NCBI GenBank assembly: GCA_964517315.1
Contig: CAZFCJ010000004.1
Location: forward strand, 267 to 63,245
Reading direction: 5' to 3'
DNA length: 62,979 nucleotides
Source: an uncultured Anaerolineaceae bacterium
GTDB taxonomy: Bacteria; Chloroflexota; Anaerolineae; Anaerolineales; E44-bin32
Shown piece by piece: positions 1-9,565 of the stretch. The stretch's first letter is position 1. Every line of letters starts with the position of its first letter. Made by a program: the position numbers and the translations under genes. The notes under the pieces are model-generated. The model was given only the letters and a program-made list of their open reading frames with translations, made no database searches and was not told the origin of the DNA.

Positions 1-46
1 GCTTCGTTTTTTGTATCGGCTGGAACAAACGCATTGCAGAGAGTAC

Positions 47-69
47 GCGCCCGGATCACATCCGGGCGC
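47..69. terminator. GC hairpin (GCGCCCGGAT-cac-ATCCGGGCGC) downstream of the cupin gene
   Basis: Perfect 10-bp inverted repeat. Only a weak U-tract on either strand. Confidence 0.35.
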
Positions 70-103
70 TTCTACGTTGCCAGGCTGGGCGGTCGGTCGG
101 CGC

Positions 104-607
104 CTAGCCCTGCGGCGGGGGTCCGACCGGCTCGATGGTGTACTTCTTCATCAGCGGCAGGATCTTGTCGCCCAAGGCCTCCATCGTGACCGGCCCGTCG
201 TGGGCCTTGATGATCTCGTTGGCCTCCATGAAGTACTGCTCGATGCCGGCCGGAACGGCCAAAGTGACCGCCCGAATATGGCCTTCAGCGCGGGGCGCGT
301 GCGCGGCACCAGACGGTACATAAATCGCTTCCCCTGGGGTGCCCTTCACGGTCTCGCCTTCGATCTGCACCGTCACTTCACCCTCCAGGACATAGAAGAC
401 CTCTGCGAAGTCATGGCGGTGAGGCGGAGGCGCCACGCCCATTGGCGCCTCGTAGTCGATCACAGTGAAGGCATCATCCGTCTCCTTACCGTGGACCAAT
501 ATCGAGAAGTTCTGGTCGCGGAACGAAAAGCTCTCGACGTTGTCGCGGCTGCGGACAAGTCCGTCTCCGCTCAGGTTCGCTGCGGTCATCACTGGCTTCT
601 CCTTCAT
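104..607 (-). CDS. cupin domain protein
   Basis: 167-aa ORF with cupin His motifs (PPPHRHDFAEVFYVLEGE ... GEAIYVPSGAAH). Confidence 0.8.
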   Translation of the reverse strand: MKEKPVMTAANLSGDGLVRSRDNVESFSFRDQNFSILVHGKETDDAFTVIDYEAPMGVAPPPHRHDFAEVFYVLEGEVTVQIEGETVKGTPGEAIYVPSGAAHAPRAEGHIRAVTLAVPAGIEQYFMEANEIIKAHDGPVTMEALGDKILPLMKKYTIEPVGPPPQG

Positions 608-783
608 CTCAAAACTTGTGGTATTTGCTCCCGGTCTGCAGGCGCAGCGCCGATGGTACGATCAAGGCGTACGCTGGTGGTCGCCCCAGCGGCGGAGTTC
701 TGCTGCGCCGGTTACACCCTGGATCCCGGAGAGCGACAGATTGTTTGTAAACACCCCCCGCTTCAAAAGCGTTAAATGACACC

Positions 784-3700
784 ATGCCCCACCTGGAGTT
801 GAGGCTGCTCGGCCCGCCGCGGGTGCTCCACGCTGGTCAGCCGCTCGAGCTGCCGACCCGCAAGGCGCTGGCCCTGCTGCTGTACCTGGCCGCCGAGGGA
901 GGCGTCCAGCCCCGGGAGAAGCTCGCCCGTATGCTCTGGCCCGAGCGCGAACGGCCGCGCATGCTGGCCAACCTGCGCACCGCGCTCAGCCATCTGCGGG
1001 CCGCGCTGGAGGCGCAGCAGGACGACGGCGCACCCCATCTGCGCGTTGAGACCGAAAGTCTGGTGTTCAACCAGGAGTCCGACTACCGGCTCGATCTGGA
1101 GCTGCTGCGGGCTGCGGCCGCCGGGCGGGAATTGAAGCCGAATGACCCGGGCGCCGCGGTTCAAGTCCTGGCTGACGCCTGGAGTCTGTACCGGGGGCCG
1201 TTCCTTGACGGGTTCTCGCTTTCGGACGCGTCCGAGTTCGAGGCCTGGCTGCAGGGGGAACGTGATCTCTGGGTCCAGCGCGCGGACCGGCTGCTGGCCG
1301 AGCTGACCGAACTGCAGATGATGACTGGGCGGCCGGCGCAGGCATTCGAAAGCATCCAGGAGTGGCTGCAGGTCAACCCGCTCAGCGAGCGGGCCTACCG
1401 GCGGCTGATGCGGGTCCAGCTGCAGCGCGGGGACCGAGCGGCCGCGCTGCGGGCCTACGAGCGCTGTCGAGCCGCGCTCGAAGGCCATTTGGGTCTTGAG
1501 CTCTCGGAGCGCACCCAGCAGCTGGCCGCACGGATTCAGCGGGGCTCGGTTGACTCGGTGGAGGTGCCCACGGATCGGAAGCGTGCGTCGGCGGGGCTGG
1601 ACCTGAGCGAACTGCCGCTGGTCGGCCGCGAGGGTGCACACGCTCGGCTCGTCGATGCCTACCAGGCCGTCCAGCGGGAAGGCTGCCAGCTGCTGCTGTT
1701 GGAGGGCGAGCCCGGGGTGGGCAAGACCCGGCTGGTGGCGGAATTCTCGCGCTGGGTGGGGAGCAGAGGCGGGCTCGTGCTTCGGGGACGCTCGAGCGCG
1801 CCGGCCGGTGGGACACCCTACGGCGCGCTGGCGCAGGCGCTGCGCGCCGGGATGGAGGATGTGGTTTCGACGCAAGAAACGCTGGACCGACCCTGGCGCC
1901 GCGAGCTGGCCCGTTTGCTGCCGGAGCTGGAAGACGCGAACGATCCGCCGCCCAACCCTGCCCCGGAAGCCGCCCTCGCTGCCACCCGGCTGAGGACAGC
2001 GTTGATCAGGCTTGGCGAGTCGCTGGCGGAGTGGTCGGGCGTGCTGCTTGCCCTGGATGATCTGCACGCCGCGGACGCCGCCACCTTGGAGTTTGTGGGC
2101 CACGCCGCCGCTCGCTGGCAGCGGGCTGGGGCCCCGGTTCTGATACTCGCCAGCGTTCGGAGCGCCCCGCTCGGGGCGGCCGTTGCGGGGACGTCTTCCC
2201 CGACACCCTTCCAGGATTGGTGGGCCTCCCTCGCCAGCGACACTCCCCTCGCGCAGATCAGCCTCGCGCCGTTGACGGTGGACCACGTTTCGGATCTGGC
2301 GTGGCGGCTGCCGCTGGGCCAGGGGCAGTCGGTCGGCCCGGGGCCGACCGGCGTCGCGGCGTTCGTGGAGTGGCTCCTCGCCGAAAGTGGAGGCAACCCG
2401 CTGCACTTGTCCTTGATCATCCAGGCCCTTGCAGATGAGGGGCTGCTGCAGGAGCGCCGTGCAGAGGATGGGCGGGCTTACCTCGACGTGACCCCTGCCT
2501 TGGACCCGGCCGGAGCCGCAGTCGCGGCGGAGCTCCAAGGCTTCCTGCCGCCCGGAATCGAGCAGTTGACCCAGAGACGATACGCGGGATTGGGGCGCGC
2601 GGCGCGGGCCGCCCTGAACGCAGCTTCAATTTTGGCACAGCCCGCTTCGCTTGAGCTGGTGGAGCAGGTTGCGGAGCTGGATCGGGATTCTGCGGTGCGC
2701 GGTGTCGAGGAGCTGAGCCGCTCGGGCGTGCTGCGATCGGAGCCGGACGGCTATCGTTTCGCGCATGAGAAGATGCGCCGGGTGGCCCGCGGCCACCTTA
2801 GCGGCGCGCGGCGCCGGGACCTGCATCGGCGCGCACTGGCGGCCGGCAGGGAGTACGGCAGCCCGGCCGCAGAGCTGGCGCGCCACGCACGGGGCGCCAG
2901 TTACCCCGAGCTGGCGTTCCAGCACGATGTAGCGGCCGCCGCCCACGCGCTGGAGCTGTCCGCGGTGCGGGATTCGATCCGGCACTTCGCGCGAGCCTGG
3001 GATTTCATGCTCGAGTCGGACGATCTGGAGCTGGAGCTCGATGAGCTCGAGCGGCTCGGCTTCGGCCTGGCCCGGGCCTATGAAATCGTGGGTGAACTGG
3101 AGGCCGCAGAAGAGGTTTTGGCCGAGGTGCGGCGTCGGGCTGGAGCATCCGAAGATTTGGTCCTCGAGTGTATGGCGATCAATCGGCTCGCGTTTGTGCT
3201 CGCGCACCAGCACCGACCGCAGGAAGCGGCGCAGTTCTTGGATCGCGCGCTGGAGCTGGCGCGTCGGGCCGAGGCGCCACGGGCACTGGCCGAGACCCAC
3301 TGGAGCCTGGCGCAACGCGGTCTGTACGACGCCGCGGCGGAATCGGTTGAAGAGCACGCGCGGCGCGCGCTGCGGTTGGCGGAGGAGCTGGAGGACGAAG
3401 AACTGGGCGCCCGCTGCCGCAACGTTCTTTCCTATGTGGCCCGCAATCGCGGCGCGGGGGACGAGGCGGCCGAGCACGCGCATCGAGCCCGTGCGATATA
3501 CAGAGCCGCAGGCGACCTGGCGATGGAGAGCGATTGTTTGGGGGCGCTGGCGCAAGCCGAACTGCTGCGGGCTCGGCCGGTGTGCGCGTTGCGGCGGGCC
3601 GCGTCGGCGCTCCGCATGAGCCGGCGCGTCGAGAGCGAGCACGGGATCGGGGCCCATACGCTCGAGCTTGTGCTGGCCCAGATTGAACGCGGTCTGCTGG

Positions 3701-4407
3701 GGGACGCGCTGGGGCTCGCTCGGGAAGGGGCGGAGCGAGCGCGCGCGGGCGAAGGAGCGGTTGAGTTCGTGCTGGCGCTCATCGCGCTGGGCCGGGCCCA
3801 GCGGGCCGTTCACAAATTTGAGGCCGCTGAGACCACGCATCGTCAGGCCCTGGAGCTGGTGGAAAGCGATGGCATCCCCTTTACGCTTGGCCCGCTTTTG
3901 GCGGGGGACCTGGCGGCTGATATGGGTCCCGAGGTCGCCGCCGCGGCGGCGGAGTGGGCTTGCAAGGCAGTTTTGACCCCCGATGAGCCCACCTTCCTGC
4001 TGGGGGCGCTCCTCCCCTGGTGGACTTTGGTGGAGAGCTTGATCGAAGCCGAATCACTCGACCGGGCCGAACGGATGGTTGCGGAGGTAGCCCAGTATGC
4101 GGATGGAGCTGAACGCCTGCGGCTGGCTCACCTCGCCTGTTCGGCGATCGCTGCGTCCCACAAGGGTGACCTATCCACCGCCAAAGAGAATCTGGAGCGC
4201 AGCCTGCGGGCGGTCCGGGACAGCCGGCTGCTCCCCATGCGGAGGCGTGTCGAACTGCTCCTGGCCGAGGTGTACCGGCGGCAGGGCCGGTCGGATGACG
4301 CGGATGAAATGGGGCGCGCGGCCCGATCTACCCTCGCTCATCTGGCGGACATGATCGAGGAACGAGAAATCCGTGAATCGTTCTTGGTTTCCGCCGATAG
4401 ACAGTAG
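784..4407 (+). CDS. SARP/BTAD-family transcriptional regulator fused to an AAA/NB-ARC-like ATPase and TPR repeats (AfsR-like)
   Basis: N-terminal winged-helix plus BTAD (LELRLLGPP..., ERAYRRLMRVQLQRGDRAAALRAYERCR). Walker A GEPGVGKTRL, Walker B LLALDDLH. Long Ala/Leu/Arg-rich helical-repeat C-terminus. Confidence 0.85.
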   Translation: MPHLELRLLGPPRVLHAGQPLELPTRKALALLLYLAAEGGVQPREKLARMLWPERERPRMLANLRTALSHLRAALEAQQDDGAPHLRVETESLVFNQESDYRLDLELLRAAAAGRELKPNDPGAAVQVLADAWSLYRGPFLDGFSLSDASEFEAWLQGERDLWVQRADRLLAELTELQMMTGRPAQAFESIQEWLQVNPLSERAYRRLMRVQLQRGDRAAALRAYERCRAALEGHLGLELSERTQQLAARIQRGSVDSVEVPTDRKRASAGLDLSELPLVGREGAHARLVDAYQAVQREGCQLLLLEGEPGVGKTRLVAEFSRWVGSRGGLVLRGRSSAPAGGTPYGALAQALRAGMEDVVSTQETLDRPWRRELARLLPELEDANDPPPNPAPEAALAATRLRTALIRLGESLAEWSGVLLALDDLHAADAATLEFVGHAAARWQRAGAPVLILASVRSAPLGAAVAGTSSPTPFQDWWASLASDTPLAQISLAPLTVDHVSDLAWRLPLGQGQSVGPGPTGVAAFVEWLLAESGGNPLHLSLIIQALADEGLLQERRAEDGRAYLDVTPALDPAGAAVAAELQGFLPPGIEQLTQRRYAGLGRAARAALNAASILAQPASLELVEQVAELDRDSAVRGVEELSRSGVLRSEPDGYRFAHEKMRRVARGHLSGARRRDLHRRALAAGREYGSPAAELARHARGASYPELAFQHDVAAAAHALELSAVRDSIRHFARAWDFMLESDDLELELDELERLGFGLARAYEIVGELEAAEEVLAEVRRRAGASEDLVLECMAINRLAFVLAHQHRPQEAAQFLDRALELARRAEAPRALAETHWSLAQRGLYDAAAESVEEHARRALRLAEELEDEELGARCRNVLSYVARNRGAGDEAAEHAHRARAIYRAAGDLAMESDCLGALAQAELLRARPVCALRRAASALRMSRRVESEHGIGAHTLELVLAQIERGLLGDALGLAREGAERARAGEGAVEFVLALIALGRAQRAVHKFEAAETTHRQALELVESDGIPFTLGPLLAGDLAADMGPEVAAAAAEWACKAVLTPDEPTFLLGALLPWWTLVESLIEAESLDRAERMVAEVAQYADGAERLRLAHLACSAIAASHKGDLSTAKENLERSLRAVRDSRLLPMRRRVELLLAEVYRRQGRSDDADEMGRAARSTLAHLADMIEEREIRESFLVSADRQ

Positions 4408-4495
4408 CGGAGGCTGCCCCATTCTCCCTGGTATGGAAGCGGCTGCCAAGAGGTCTAACGGACGCGCGGGAGTCTAACTTATAATTTCCCTCGCG

Positions 4496-5248
4496 ATGCC
4501 CAACGCAGTCTTCCTCTCCCCTCATCTCGACGACGCCATCTTCTCGTGCGGCGGGTTGATGGCCCGCTTGGTCGGCGAGGACCGGTCGGTCACGGTGCTG
4601 ACGATCTTCGCCGGCGACCCCACCGCCGGGCCCCTCTCGGAGTTCGCCGAGAAGCTGCACGAGCGTTGGGGGCTGGGCGAATCGCCGGTGGCACGCCGGC
4701 GTGAGGAGGACCTCGAAGCCTGCTCGAAGGTCGGCGCCGGGGCGCTGCACATCGACATCCCGGAGGCGCTCTACCGCCGGGACGCCGACGGCGAGCTGCT
4801 GTACCCGGTCGAGAAGGCCATCTTCGGCGAGATCGATCCCGCCGACGATCTGTTGGTCGAGCAGCTGACCGAGGTCATCGACGAGGTCAGCCCAGGCGGC
4901 GCGCAGGTCTATTCGCCGCTGGCGATCGGGGGGCACGTCGACCATCGCATCGTGCGCCGGGCGGCGGAACGGCTCAGCCGGCCGCTGTGGTACTACCACG
5001 ATCTCCCCTATGCGGCCCGGGAGCTGAAGGCGCCCAAGGGGTTTCGCTCGCCCACCGGCGCCTCGACCGTGCTGCCGCTGGAGGACGAGGAGCTGGCCGC
5101 CTGGATCGAGGGCATCTGGGCTTATGAGTCACAGCGCTCGACGTTCTGGGACGATGAGGACGACGTCGAGTATGAGCTCCGATCGTATATGGAGGACCAC
5201 CGCGGCGTTCCCGTGATCGCGCCACGAGCCCGTCGGCAGGCGGGTTGA
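4496..5248 (+). CDS. PIG-L/LmbE family N-acetylglucosaminyl deacetylase
   Basis: SPHLDDAIFSCGG and GGHVDHRIV zinc-site motifs, 250 aa. Confidence 0.8.
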   Translation: MPNAVFLSPHLDDAIFSCGGLMARLVGEDRSVTVLTIFAGDPTAGPLSEFAEKLHERWGLGESPVARRREEDLEACSKVGAGALHIDIPEALYRRDADGELLYPVEKAIFGEIDPADDLLVEQLTEVIDEVSPGGAQVYSPLAIGGHVDHRIVRRAAERLSRPLWYYHDLPYAARELKAPKGFRSPTGASTVLPLEDEELAAWIEGIWAYESQRSTFWDDEDDVEYELRSYMEDHRGVPVIAPRARRQAG

Positions 5249-5278
5249 CGGTTTGTACGAACAATTTGTGCAATTTGC

Positions 5279-5307
5279 TGGACACCCGTCTGGATCTGTG
5301 CTATGAT
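5279..5307 (+). promoter_or_regulatory. sigma-70-type promoter (TGGACA-17 nt-TATGAT with extended -10 TG)
   Basis: Hexamers and spacing read directly from the sequence. Lies upstream of the greA leader. Confidence 0.45.
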
Positions 5308-5332
5308 GTCGCCAGCAACAAACAGGTCCGGG

Positions 5333-5360
5333 CTGAGAGCTGACTCTCAGTTCTTTTTTA
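5333..5360 (+). terminator. intrinsic terminator 1 in the greA leader
   Basis: CTGAGAG-ctga-CTCTCAG followed by TTCTTTTTTA. Confidence 0.6.
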
Positions 5361-5369
5361 TCTGTGTGT

Positions 5370-5393
5370 CGGGCCGCAGGGCTCGTTTTTTTT
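5370..5393 (+). terminator. intrinsic terminator 2 in the greA leader
   Basis: 6-bp stem CGGGCC/GGCTCG (one G-U pair) followed by T8. Confidence 0.5.
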
Positions 5394-5429
5394 CAGCATC
5401 AAACCTGATGGGTCCGAAGTGAGGAACGT

Positions 5430-5897
5430 ATGGTCAACAACGCAGTCTATCTGACAGACGAAGGCCGCCAGAAGCTGGAGGCCGAATTGAAGCACCTGCG
5501 CACGGTCCGGCGGAAGGAGGTCGCCGAGCGGCTGCACGAGGCGATGCAGGGCGGCGAACTGATCGAGAACGCCGAATACGAGGCGGCCAAGAACGAACAG
5601 GCCTTCGTCGAAGGTCGGATCCTCGAACTCGAGGACCTGCTCTCGCGGGCCAAGCGGATCGAAAAGGGTGGCGCCGACGGCGTCGTCCGGGTGGGCAGCA
5701 CCGTGACCATCAAGGAGGGACGGCGCAATCCGGAGACTTACACTATTGTGGGCGCGGCGGAGGCCTCACCGAAGAACGGCCTGATCTCGAACGAGTCGCC
5801 GCTGGGCAAATCCCTGCTTGAAAAGCACAAGGGCGATGTCGTCGAAGTGCAGACCCCGTCGGGGACGCGCAAGGTGCGCGTGGTGAAGGTGGAATAG
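5430..5897 (+). CDS. greA: transcription elongation factor GreA
   Basis: 155 aa. LTDEGRQKLEAELKHL coiled-coil N-terminus and a GreA C-terminal domain. Confidence 0.95.
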   Translation: MVNNAVYLTDEGRQKLEAELKHLRTVRRKEVAERLHEAMQGGELIENAEYEAAKNEQAFVEGRILELEDLLSRAKRIEKGGADGVVRVGSTVTIKEGRRNPETYTIVGAAEASPKNGLISNESPLGKSLLEKHKGDVVEVQTPSGTRKVRVVKVE

Positions 5898-5921
5898 CAG
5901 ATCTAACCCACGACCCAACAG

Positions 5922-5950
5922 CCCCGCGCCCACGTGCGCGGGGTTTTCTT
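5922..5950 (+). terminator. intrinsic terminator after greA
   Basis: CCCCGCGC-ccacgt-GCGCGGGG followed by TTTTCTTGTTG. Confidence 0.7.
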
Positions 5951-5992
5951 GTTGTACACTCAACCCTTGTTGCGAACCGATGAGATGACGGG

Positions 5993-7510
5993 ATGGAAAG
6001 TATGGCCGAGCTGAACGATCTCGAGCGCGTGCGCAAGCAGAAAATGGAGGCGCTGCGCGAGGCTGGGGTGAACCCTTACCCGCCCGGAGGACACCGCACC
6101 CACACGACGCAGCAGGCGCTGAACGCCCTTCAGAAGGCCGAGGACGAGTCGGTGGAGGCCGCGCTCGTCGGGCGAATCAAGTCGATCCGAGACATGGGAA
6201 AATCGGTGTTCGCCCACATCGAGGACGGCGCCGGCCGCCTCCAACTGTACCTGCGTGTGGATGAGATCGGCGAGGAGGCGCTCGAGCAGTTCAAGGACTA
6301 CTTCGATATCGGTGACTTCATCCGGGCGAGCGGGACGCTGTTTCACACCCGCACCGGCGAGGAGACGCTGCGGGTGACGTCCCTGCGCATGCTGAGCAAG
6401 GCGATCACACCGCTTCCCACGCCGAAAGTCGAACAGGTGGACGGCGAAGAGATCGTCCACGACGCCTTCACCGATCCGGAAGCCCGCTACCGCCAGCGCT
6501 ACGTCGATTTGGCGGTCAACCCCGAGGTGCGCCGGATCTTCCGCACCCGGACCCGAATCGTGCGCGCGCTTCAATCATTTCTGGACGAACGGGGGTTCCT
6601 GGAGGTGGAAACCCCGATTCTGCAGCCGGTGTATGGGGGCGCTGCGGCCACCCCGTTCGTGACCCATCACAATCAACTGCATCAGGATCTGTACCTGCGC
6701 ATCTCGTTCGAGCTGTATTTGAAGCGCCTGCTGGTGGGAAACTTCGAGCGCGTGTACGAGATCGGGCGCGACTTCCGCAACGAGGGCGTCTCCTACAAGC
6801 ACAACCCGGAGTTCACGCAGCTCGAGTTCTACATGGCGTACGCGGATTACGAGGACGTCATGGTTGTGACCGAGCAGATGGTCGCCTTCACCGCCGAGCG
6901 AGCCGTGGGCTCGACCACGATCGAGTTCAGGGGACATGAGATCGACCTGACGCCTCCCTGGCAGCGCATGTCGCTGCACGAGGCGATGCTCGAGTACGCC
7001 GATCTCGACCTCGCGGCCTACGAATCGGCGGCTGACCTGCGGTCCGAGATGGGTGCCCGCGACATGGATCCTCAAGCGGGGGCGAGCCGGGGCAAGCTGA
7101 TCGACTCGCTGATCAGCAGGTTCATCGAGCCCGAGCTGATTCAGCCGACGATCGTCTACGATTACCCGCGCGACATCTCTCCCTTGGCTCGACGCAAGCC
7201 GGGGGAGCCGGATCTTGTGGAGCGCTTCGAAGGCTTCGTGGGCGGTATGGAGCTGTGCAACGCGTTCACCGAGCTGAACGACCCCTTCGACCAGGAGCAG
7301 CGGTTCTTGGAGATGGGGCGGACGTACGAGGAGGGAGACGCGGAACGCCATCCGCTGGACGAGGATTACCTGCGGGCGATGCGCTATGGGATGCCGCCCA
7401 ACGGCGGTTTCGGCATGGGGTTGGACCGGCTGACGATGCTGTTGACCGACAGCCCCAACATCCGCGAGGTCATCCTGTTCCCGCACTTGCGGCCGGAGGA
7501 GGAGGGTTGA
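5993..7510 (+). CDS. lysS: lysine--tRNA ligase, class II
   Basis: 505 aa. OB anticodon-binding domain plus class II motifs (FRNEG, ELCNAFTELNDP, GMGLDRL). Confidence 0.95.
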   Translation: MESMAELNDLERVRKQKMEALREAGVNPYPPGGHRTHTTQQALNALQKAEDESVEAALVGRIKSIRDMGKSVFAHIEDGAGRLQLYLRVDEIGEEALEQFKDYFDIGDFIRASGTLFHTRTGEETLRVTSLRMLSKAITPLPTPKVEQVDGEEIVHDAFTDPEARYRQRYVDLAVNPEVRRIFRTRTRIVRALQSFLDERGFLEVETPILQPVYGGAAATPFVTHHNQLHQDLYLRISFELYLKRLLVGNFERVYEIGRDFRNEGVSYKHNPEFTQLEFYMAYADYEDVMVVTEQMVAFTAERAVGSTTIEFRGHEIDLTPPWQRMSLHEAMLEYADLDLAAYESAADLRSEMGARDMDPQAGASRGKLIDSLISRFIEPELIQPTIVYDYPRDISPLARRKPGEPDLVERFEGFVGGMELCNAFTELNDPFDQEQRFLEMGRTYEEGDAERHPLDEDYLRAMRYGMPPNGGFGMGLDRLTMLLTDSPNIREVILFPHLRPEEEG

Positions 7511-7708
7511 TTCCGATGAGCACGGAGGGTTGAACCTCCAGCCGGTGGCCATGGCCCCTTAGGTTAAGGATTCAGGTATCAGGTGTCAGCTATCAGCCCT
7601 CAGTCTCCAGTCTGAGGGCGCCAGTCTCCAGTCAACCAGTTACCAATAGGAATAACACCAAGACACAAAGACTCAACACATCCCTTCATGCCTTTCGTGT
7701 CTTCATCG

Positions 7709-8473
7709 TTACCCCTCCGGCTCCAGCTCCGCAACCGAGGTGAGCACCCGAGTGGGGCGGTAGGGGAACCGTTCGACCTCTTCGCGATCGGTGACCCCGG
7801 ACAGCACCAGCACCGTTTCCATCCCGCTCTCCGTGCCGGCGATGATGTCGGTGTCCATACGGTCGCCGACCATGACGGTCTCCTCGGAGTGGGTGCCCAG
7901 CTGGCGCAGCGCAGCGCGCATCATCAGCGGGTTCGGTTTGCCCACGAAGAAGGGCTCGATCCCCGTCGCGGTGGAGATCAGTGAGGCCACGGCTCCGGTG
8001 GCCGGCACGATGCCCGCCTCGGCCGGGCCTGAGACGTCCGGGTTGGTGGCGATGAAGCGTGACCCCGAGGCCACCTGACGCGCGGCGTTGGTGATGCTCT
8101 CGAAGGAGTACGATCGGGTCTCTCCCAGCACCACGTAATCCGTCTCGTGCTCTGCGAGCACATAGCCGATTTCGTGCAGTGCGGTCGTCAGGCCGACCTC
8201 GCCGACCACGAACGCCGAGCCGCCCGGTCGCTGATCCTGTAAGAATGCCGCCGTAGCCAGCGCGGAGGTGAAGATCGACTCCTCGGGGATGTCCAACCCG
8301 GCCCCGTTCAGCCGGGCGCGCAGGTCGCGCGGCGTGTACATGGAGTTGTTGGTGAGCACCAGGAATGGACAGCCGGCCTCCTTGAGCGACTCCATGAAAT
8401 CGACCGCGCCGGGGATCGGGGTGCTGCCTTTGACCAGAACCCCATCCATATCGATCAAATACGCCTTGGGCAT
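7709..8473 (-). CDS. HAD-IIA family hydrolase (NagD-like)
   Basis: YLIDMDGVL motif I, LTNNS, GKP ... GDRMDTDI. Start chosen at the ATG preceded by AAGGAGGG. The longer ORF reaches 8518. Confidence 0.85.
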   Translation of the reverse strand: MPKAYLIDMDGVLVKGSTPIPGAVDFMESLKEAGCPFLVLTNNSMYTPRDLRARLNGAGLDIPEESIFTSALATAAFLQDQRPGGSAFVVGEVGLTTALHEIGYVLAEHETDYVVLGETRSYSFESITNAARQVASGSRFIATNPDVSGPAEAGIVPATGAVASLISTATGIEPFFVGKPNPLMMRAALRQLGTHSEETVMVGDRMDTDIIAGTESGMETVLVLSGVTDREEVERFPYRPTRVLTSVAELEPEG

Positions 8474-8557
8474 GGTTTGATGTATCCCTCCTTTGGCCTC
8501 CGAATCGGGCCCTTTCACTGCCCGAGAGGTCTTAGGTCGCTTGGTGGACGGGCAGGC

Positions 8558-9565
8558 TCAGCTCCCCGAAAGGTCATTAGGCAGCGAGACGCCGATTTCT
8601 TGGGCCATGGCTGGCAGAGTCTCCCGCAGGCCTTCTTCAAGCGAGCGGGGGCTGTACCCCAATTCGCGGCGGGCTTTGTCGTTCCTGCCCAGGTAGGTGG
8701 TCCCGGCCTGAACCCGGAGCGCCTCGCTGCGGTACCTATCGGGGACGGGAAGGAGCCATTCCAGCGGCCGCATCAGCGCCGCGGCGGCTCGCAGTCCCCA
8801 GGGCGGGGGACGCAGGCGAGGCGCGGGGATCCCAGTGAGCCGTTCTGCGATCTCGTAGGCCTCGACGAATGAATGGCATGGGCCGGCGATGATGTAACTT
8901 TCCCCGGGCTCCCCTCGCTCCAGCGCCAGCAGATGGCCCTGCACCGCATCATCGACATGGGTCCAGCACACCGCCGTCCCTTGCGGCAGGGCCGGCAGGT
9001 CACCGCGCAGGTAGTCGCGCATGGCGTCCCCCGTCTGGCTGGTGTCGCCCGGTCCGTAAATCGCGCCGGGCATCACGATGACCAGCGGCAGGCCAGAATC
9101 GATGAGCGGCTGAGCCACCTGATGGTGGGCCTGCCACTTGGTGCGGTCGTAGACGCTCAGGTGGCGGCCCGCGAAGCGGTGGGTTTCGTCGACCCGCTGG
9201 CCGCCCGTGTCGCCGTTGACCGCCAGGGTGCTCGTGTAGACGCCTTTTGCGATCCCCAGTTCGACCATCAGCGTCAGCACATTACGGGTTCCGACCACGT
9301 TCACGTCGTGTGCCGTGCGTTCATCGGCGGGACCCACCCGATACCAGCCCGCGACGTGGAACAGCGCGTCGCTGCCGCGCATCCCCTCGCGCATGGACTC
9401 CTTCTCTGTGATGTCGCCCTCAACCAGCTCAACTCCGGCCTGAGCCAGATCGACGGCGTGGCCCGCGTCGCGTACCAGCGCCGTGACCTGGTCGCCGCGG
9501 GCCAGCAGGCGGCGGACCAAACGCCCGCCGACAAAGCCGGTTGCGCCGGTGACATAGGCATTCAT
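8558..9565 (-). CDS. NAD-dependent epimerase/dehydratase (extended SDR)
   Basis: [13 protein letters not shown] Rossmann motif, 335 aa. Confidence 0.85.
   Translation of the reverse strand: MNAYVTGATGFVGGRLVRRLLARGDQVTALVRDAGHAVDLAQAGVELVEGDITEKESMREGMRGSDALFHVAGWYRVGPADERTAHDVNVVGTRNVLTLMVELGIAKGVYTSTLAVNGDTGGQRVDETHRFAGRHLSVYDRTKWQAHHQVAQPLIDSGLPLVIVMPGAIYGPGDTSQTGDAMRDYLRGDLPALPQGTAVCWTHVDDAVQGHLLALERGEPGESYIIAGPCHSFVEAYEIAERLTGIPAPRLRPPPWGLRAAAALMRPLEWLLPVPDRYRSEALRVQAGTTYLGRNDKARRELGYSPRSLEEGLRETLPAMAQEIGVSLPNDLSGS

Noticed and set aside
772-2538. 588-aa minus-strand ORF.
   Set aside because: Antisense to the SARP regulator, Arg/Pro/Gly/Gln-rich, and without domain motifs.
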